64,000 nucleotides of DNA from Leptospiraceae bacterium (GTDB taxonomy: Bacteria > Spirochaetota > Leptospiria > Leptospirales > Leptospiraceae), in assembly GCA_016711485.1 (NCBI GenBank), contig JADJSX010000013.1, positions 86,889 to 150,888 of the forward strand, in the 5' to 3' direction. A program made the translations under genes and the position numbers. The notes under the pieces were generated by a model, which searched no databases, was not told the origin of the DNA, and was given only the letters and a program-made list of their open reading frames with translations. Shown piece after piece: positions 60,131 to 64,000 of the stretch; the first letter of the stretch is position 1, and every line of letters starts with the position of its first letter.

Positions 60131-60761
60131 TTAATCGTTCTAAATCGTTCTCCCAGTTTTTGGGATTTTTTTGAATGTATGTCTTAATATAATAAAATTC
60201 TTTTTCATCTCGTATGATATGGTCATGGTAGCGAGATTGCCAAACAGTTAATCCAGAAGTACGTTGAATTTCATTAATGCGTTTTGTAACAACAGATTTG
60301 AATCCTGCAAAAAAAGACGATATTGATTTCGGCAAATAATTTTTATTATTTCCGCCCCGTAGGGACGCGCGGCGCACGTCCTGTATACGATAAATCACGT
60401 CCTCTATACATTTAACGTTCTGTTTTTCGTTATCGTTTGGAATTTCGTTATCGTTTGGAATTTCAATTATAGGACGTCCGCCGGACGTCCCAACGTGGGT
60501 AATAATGGCGTGAATGTGATTGGGCATAATGATATATTCCGCACAGGATAATTCCTTTCGAATTTCAAAGGATCTTAACCATTCTTCTTCGACTATTTTG
60601 CCGAGATCATTTAAAACCATTTTCGAATCAGAAATTTTACCAAATAAACGTTCTCTGTTTTTCGTAACGACTGTAACAAAATAATACCCTGCGCTCGAGT
60701 AATCAAAACCTTGCAATCTGGGCGATTTTCTATTAAAAAATTTTTGTCTATATAGTGTCAT
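60123..60761 (-). CDS. REP-associated tyrosine transposase (RAYT; IS200/IS605-like Y1 HUH transposase), 212 aa
   Basis: HUH motif IIMPNHIHAII and catalytic-Tyr motif QSRYHDHIIRDE, with a YYFVTVVTKNRERLF N-terminus. The region between the motifs is expanded by REP-like GC-rich segments (encoding VGTSGGRPI and RIQDVRRASLRGG) and an 18-bp tandem duplication encoding IPNDNE twice. Confidence 0.8.
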   Translation of the reverse strand: MTLYRQKFFNRKSPRLQGFDYSSAGYYFVTVVTKNRERLFGKISDSKMVLNDLGKIVEEEWLRSFEIRKELSCAEYIIMPNHIHAIITHVGTSGGRPIIEIPNDNEIPNDNEKQNVKCIEDVIYRIQDVRRASLRGGNNKNYLPKSISSFFAGFKSVVTKRINEIQRTSGLTVWQSRYHDHIIRDEKEFYYIKTYIQKNPKNWENDLERLIP

Positions 60762-60927
60762 TTTTGCAATTTATAAAATAGCTATACATTTGTATACATT
60801 TTTAACATATCCAGAACAGCTGTATTATTTCGATAAAGGGAAAAAATTAGTTAGAAATTATATTTTATTTAAGAGGCGTAAATTATATCGGGGATACGTA
60901 TTTTTTTTAAGAAAATTTTTAGGACGT

Positions 60928-61020
60928 GCAAATATTTTTAGGACGTCCGCCGGACGTCCCTACGGGAATTCAATAAATTTTTCAATATCCACGTAGGGAC
61001 GCGCGGCGCACGTCCTATAT
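60928..61020. repeat. REP/BIME-like GC-rich palindrome cluster upstream of the RAYT
   Basis: taggacgtccgccggacgtcccta is a perfect palindrome. The inverted pair cgtccctacg ... cgtagggacg lies 26 bp apart, and gtagggacgcgcggcgcacgtcc is shared with 60358-60382 and with the kinase-gene insertion. Confidence 0.7.
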
Positions 61021-61274
61021 AGGATAAATCACGTCCTAAAAACGATAAATCACGTCTAAAAATAATAAATCACGCAATCTATACGATACAAAAAAAACAA
61101 ATCGTCTAAACAACAAGATCAATCGAATTTTTAAAAATCGGGAGATGTTCGTATTTTGTCATAAAAATCTTTCCGCCTGACGGCGGATCAACTAACAAAT
61201 TCGAATTCCTTCTTTCGTGTCAAACAATATCGAACATGTGAACATCTTCATTGAAAGCGAACAAACGTTTTGGA

Positions 61275-61318
61275 CTACTGCATAAAAACGTGTCCACTTT
61301 TTATGCAGTAGTCCATTA
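61275..61318. other. strong stem-loop: 17-bp perfect inverted repeat GGACTACTGCATAAAAA / TTTTTATGCAGTAGTCC with a 9-nt loop
   Basis: Read directly. It lies ~200 bp downstream of the minus-strand gene 61513..62067. Confidence 0.6.
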
Positions 61319-61512
61319 TTGGTTATCCATATTATGCAATACTTTTTTTTGAGTCTTTTCCAATTGAGATCATTGGGTATAATTTTAAGTTCCGTCAATG
61401 TCTGCGGGTTCCACGATCGAGAGGTTCATTTTACAGTATTTCTTTTGTGACATTTACAAATTAAGGATCGATTTTTGAGAATCGACCCTGTCGGCTATCG
61501 TTGAAAAAATCT

Positions 61513-62067
61513 TTATTTCTTAATTCGATGGTCTTCACCTTTTTTACTAACGTTCTTACCTGCGGGATGTTCCTCGCCGGACTTCATCTTTCTTAGTATT
61601 TCAGAAGCATTTTGTCTTACACTAACTGAATTGTCATTTTCTACTTTTTTAAGTGTAGATTCTACTCTTGCTTTATTTCCTTTGTAAAACCCTCGCACAT
61701 AACTCGAAGTAGCCATTGCTCGGTACGATTCATTGATAGAATTATCCTGAATTCGATTTTCCAGAAAATCTAAAACACTTGAATCTGTGGAAAAATTACT
61801 GAGTAAACCGAATGCCTTCATTCTCAGACCAGCTCTCTGGTTAGAGTCATCAGCAATTACTATCAAGTAGGCTTGCGGATTTGTTGGTTCAATCGAGCGT
61901 ATCCCAGCTAACATATCTACTGAATCTGGGTGCCTAATCTCTGCAATGTACATGCGAATTTTTTCCAACTTTTCTTGGTTAATAGACTGTGCTTGCAAAG
62001 AAGAATAGATTGCAAATAGGATGATGCCAATTACTAAGAGTTGCATTTTTTTTATTTTATATTTCAT
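61513..62067 (-). CDS. hypothetical secreted protein (184 aa), possibly HEAT-like repeats
   Basis: Signal peptide (MQLLVIGIILFAIYSSLQA). Helical repeats. No firm domain assignment. Confidence 0.5.
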   Translation of the reverse strand: MKYKIKKMQLLVIGIILFAIYSSLQAQSINQEKLEKIRMYIAEIRHPDSVDMLAGIRSIEPTNPQAYLIVIADDSNQRAGLRMKAFGLLSNFSTDSSVLDFLENRIQDNSINESYRAMATSSYVRGFYKGNKARVESTLKKVENDNSVSVRQNASEILRKMKSGEEHPAGKNVSKKGEDHRIKK

Positions 62068-62090
62068 TTTAAATTTCTCCTAAATTCCTT

Positions 62091-63440
62091 TTAATAAACA
62101 AGTGGATGTCTTCGTAAGACCCATCCCTGCTCTCCAGTGAATCGAGACTGATCAAATCCAGCCGTCCCTGACCAGAACATAACATTTCTAGCCCCTGAAT
62201 TATTTTCCGCAGTTCCATCGCAGTTTACCAAACTGACTGGGTTTTGCGTACAACGTGGGGTTTCAGAGATTGGATCTCGGTTGTAAACACTTTGAGTTGA
62301 ATTATAGTTGCTCTCCGCCAAATGATAAAGCCCAAGCCAGTGCCCTGCTTCATGAGCGATTGTTTCCCCCATTAAAGTCAGCTCTGCATCTGTGGGAGTG
62401 GCTCCGGGAGTTCCTAAATGAGTGTCAAATACTACAACCATAGCTGAGTTTCGAGTCCCGACCTTTCCGGGTAATCCGGGTATTCCCCCAGACACACCGA
62501 GAACCCCACTTACAGTATCATTTTTTACAAAAAAGATATTCAACGCATCTGCTTTTTCAACGGATGCATTATTTGCAAATAATCCACCTAAAGAGCCCGC
62601 GGCGACAGAATCTCTATCTAAACTAGTGAGAGTTAAGTAGGCAGCATTATTTAGAGTTGTCGAGGTTATTACCGGTCTTATTCTTACACTGTTTTGCGTA
62701 TATAGGGTAGTTAATCTAGTGATGGCAGTCGCAATTCCAGCCTCGGAAGCAGCCGGATTGGATCCAGCAACAAATATAAGGTGAACATTTATCTTCTTTT
62801 CAGTAGACCAGATTTTACTCATACCTCTTTGGCTATGATCGGAGGTTGAAGAATCCGGCAAAAAACTATTTTCTTCCGACGTTGCTGGTATTAGAGAACG
62901 AACTTTACGAACAGTTACAGGTAAAGAATTCGAACGAACGATAGGCACAAAACCTAACGCTGCATTAAATGCCGATGATATACTGACTGGATTACCGTCA
63001 GATAATAAAGAGGTGTAAAGAGAACTATTGCTTCCATACCAATGCATGACAGTCGCAGTCTGTTCCCCAGTGCTGTTTCGTGTATAGAACAACGAGGCCC
63101 CTTCGTATTGAATAAAATCCAATCCCACACCGCCGGAAGTTTGATTTTGTTCCACTTGTACAATCGCAGTCGGATTACTCGGACCAGTTCCAGAAAACGT
63201 AACATCCGGTATAGTATATCCTGCGATGCCTGCTCCAAAATAATCTGTAATTGGCGAAGAAAACGCACTGGTAGTTGTTTCCGAAAACTCATACTTGGGT
63301 CCGGAAGATGCACTTCCTGTTAATGCCGATAGCAAAAGCAGGCTTGTAAGTGTGTTGTCTTTTTTCTTAGCTCTACATCCGGGAAGTCCAAATAAAAAAA
63401 CTAACAAAACAAAGATTATTTTTATCCATTTATTTTTCAT
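62091..63440 (-). CDS. lipoprotein zinc metalloprotease (metzincin-type HExxHxxGxxH)
   Basis: Lipobox LFGLPGC, followed by a catalytic motif IAHEAGHWLGLYH and a downstream conserved Cys pair. Confidence 0.7.
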   Translation of the reverse strand: MKNKWIKIIFVLLVFLFGLPGCRAKKKDNTLTSLLLLSALTGSASSGPKYEFSETTTSAFSSPITDYFGAGIAGYTIPDVTFSGTGPSNPTAIVQVEQNQTSGGVGLDFIQYEGASLFYTRNSTGEQTATVMHWYGSNSSLYTSLLSDGNPVSISSAFNAALGFVPIVRSNSLPVTVRKVRSLIPATSEENSFLPDSSTSDHSQRGMSKIWSTEKKINVHLIFVAGSNPAASEAGIATAITRLTTLYTQNSVRIRPVITSTTLNNAAYLTLTSLDRDSVAAGSLGGLFANNASVEKADALNIFFVKNDTVSGVLGVSGGIPGLPGKVGTRNSAMVVVFDTHLGTPGATPTDAELTLMGETIAHEAGHWLGLYHLAESNYNSTQSVYNRDPISETPRCTQNPVSLVNCDGTAENNSGARNVMFWSGTAGFDQSRFTGEQGWVLRRHPLVY

Positions 63441-63544
63441 TTTTTAACCTCTTAATCACTGACTATAGTATAGATTTACCCTTAGTGATTTTACCAAAAT
63501 ACAACTTTGAAGAAATTTTGTCATTTTTTATTTCAATAGCTAAT

Positions 63545-63720
63545 TATTAACTGACGTTACGCAAAAAAGGAAAATTATGAAGTTTGAAGATAAATTAAGA
63601 ATATTAGAAAATGCTAATGAATTAATAAATTCAATAGCCCGCGGCAGCGAGCCCACCGCTAGGTGCAAACCTCCCGTGGACGCAGGACTCACCTTGCGTA
63701 AGGTGAATTATTAACTTACG
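63545..63720 (+). other. small-ORF/hairpin element copy C; candidate 45-codon ORF at 63577..63714
   Basis: Upstream box ttattaactgacgttacgcaaaa, RBS aaggaaaattATG, and ORF MKFEDKLRILENANELINSIARGSEPTARCKPPVDAGLTLRKVNY*. It carries the 3' hairpin ctcaccttgcgtaaggtga. Only the GC-rich core differs from copy B. Confidence 0.35.
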
Positions 63721-63830
63721 TTACACATAAAAGGAAATTATGGAATTAAAAGTGAAATTCTCGATTTTAGAAGAATCTAATGAATTAATAGCGATAGCGT
63801 AAGGTGAGTTATTAAATATTTTTAAACGCA
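63721..63830 (+). other. small-ORF/hairpin element copy D, in tandem with C; it lacks the GC-rich core (candidate 20-codon ORF at 63740..63802)
   Basis: It begins directly at C's terminal ttattaa: cttacgttacacataaaaggaaattATG, ORF MELKVKFSILEESNELIAIA*, then gcgtaaggtgagttattaaatattttt. Relative to C it has a 75-nt in-frame deletion. Confidence 0.3.
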
Positions 63831-64000
63831 GAATGCCAGAAAAAATAGTGCATGGATTTGAACTTGAAGCAGTGGATTATACTACGTAACCTTTTAATAC
63901 AGCAGAATTGATTGTGCGAGTGGCAACTCAAATTGAAATAAAACATTCTCGTGAAAAATTAGTAGAACTGAATACTACAAAAGATAAATTCTTTAGTATC

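Noticed and set aside
1-64000. tRNA/rRNA genes
   Set aside because: Visual scanning found no cloverleaf-compatible T-arm/anticodon stems or rRNA-like conserved blocks, and every long non-coding stretch is explained by repeats or pseudogenes. I cannot run tRNAscan, so short RNAs cannot be fully excluded.

Overview
This is a 64 kb window of AT-rich bacterial DNA dominated by signal-transduction genes. The domain repertoire (7TMR-DISM receptors, many GAF/PAS/PP2C proteins, an 'LPGC' lipobox) is consistent with a Leptospira-like spirochaete, but that is inference from domain content only. No rRNA, tRNA or CRISPR array was recognised.

Features called from the protein sequences in the ORF track:
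- a 7TMR-DISM / multi-GAF / class III adenylate cyclase (806-5737)
- a four-gene phosphorelay operon on the minus strand: PAS histidine kinase, CheY-like receiver, REC-PAS-GAF hybrid histidine kinase, double-receiver regulator (12620 down to 6301)
- a STAS anti-sigma-antagonist next to a KGG stress protein (13075-13868)
- a 7TMR-DISM histidine kinase with a receiver and a PP2C domain (21402-24527), and a REC plus multi-PAS HWE-type kinase (24561-28259)
- a 1923-aa Ser/Thr-kinase / P-loop NTPase / TPR / GAF / PP2C protein (28804-34575) lying next to a split paralogous pair encoded as two abutting genes (37028-40855 and 34645-37023)
- a methyltransferase / SDR / HAD / PilZ-like gene run (40857-44542)
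- a GAF-PP2C regulator (47748-49511) and a secreted TPR-CHAT protease (49818-53057) with membrane/secreted neighbours
- an RND efflux pump (56721-59768) and a lipoprotein metzincin protease (62091-63440)

Accessory or unusual content:
1. A restriction-modification island (15424-19303): a beta-class 'SPPY' DNA methyltransferase, a putative PD-(D/E)xK endonuclease and a 737-aa nuclease-motif protein.
2. A VapBC-like PIN toxin pair lying among pseudogenes and 65-bp gene-end repeats (44692-47250).
3. A REP-associated tyrosine transposase (RAYT, 60123-60761) embedded in GC-rich REP palindromes that truncate a TPR gene. REP-like GC-rich palindromes also sit in-frame inside the big kinase gene (about 33501-33886), and REP-derived segments sit inside the RAYT gene itself.
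4. The most unusual item: four full copies plus a degenerate fifth of a roughly 150-bp unit. Each copy has a conserved promoter-like box, ribosome-binding site and ATG, a conserved AT-rich 5' coding block, a hypervariable GC-rich core, a conserved 3' hairpin (CTCACCTTGCGTAAGGTGAG) and a TAA stop in the stem. Every copy keeps the reading frame despite different lengths (39, 41, 45 and 20 codons), which argues for a diversifying small-protein family. Copies lie upstream of a membrane-anchored protein, upstream of a PP2C-family gene fragment, and as a tandem pair at 63.5-63.8 kb.
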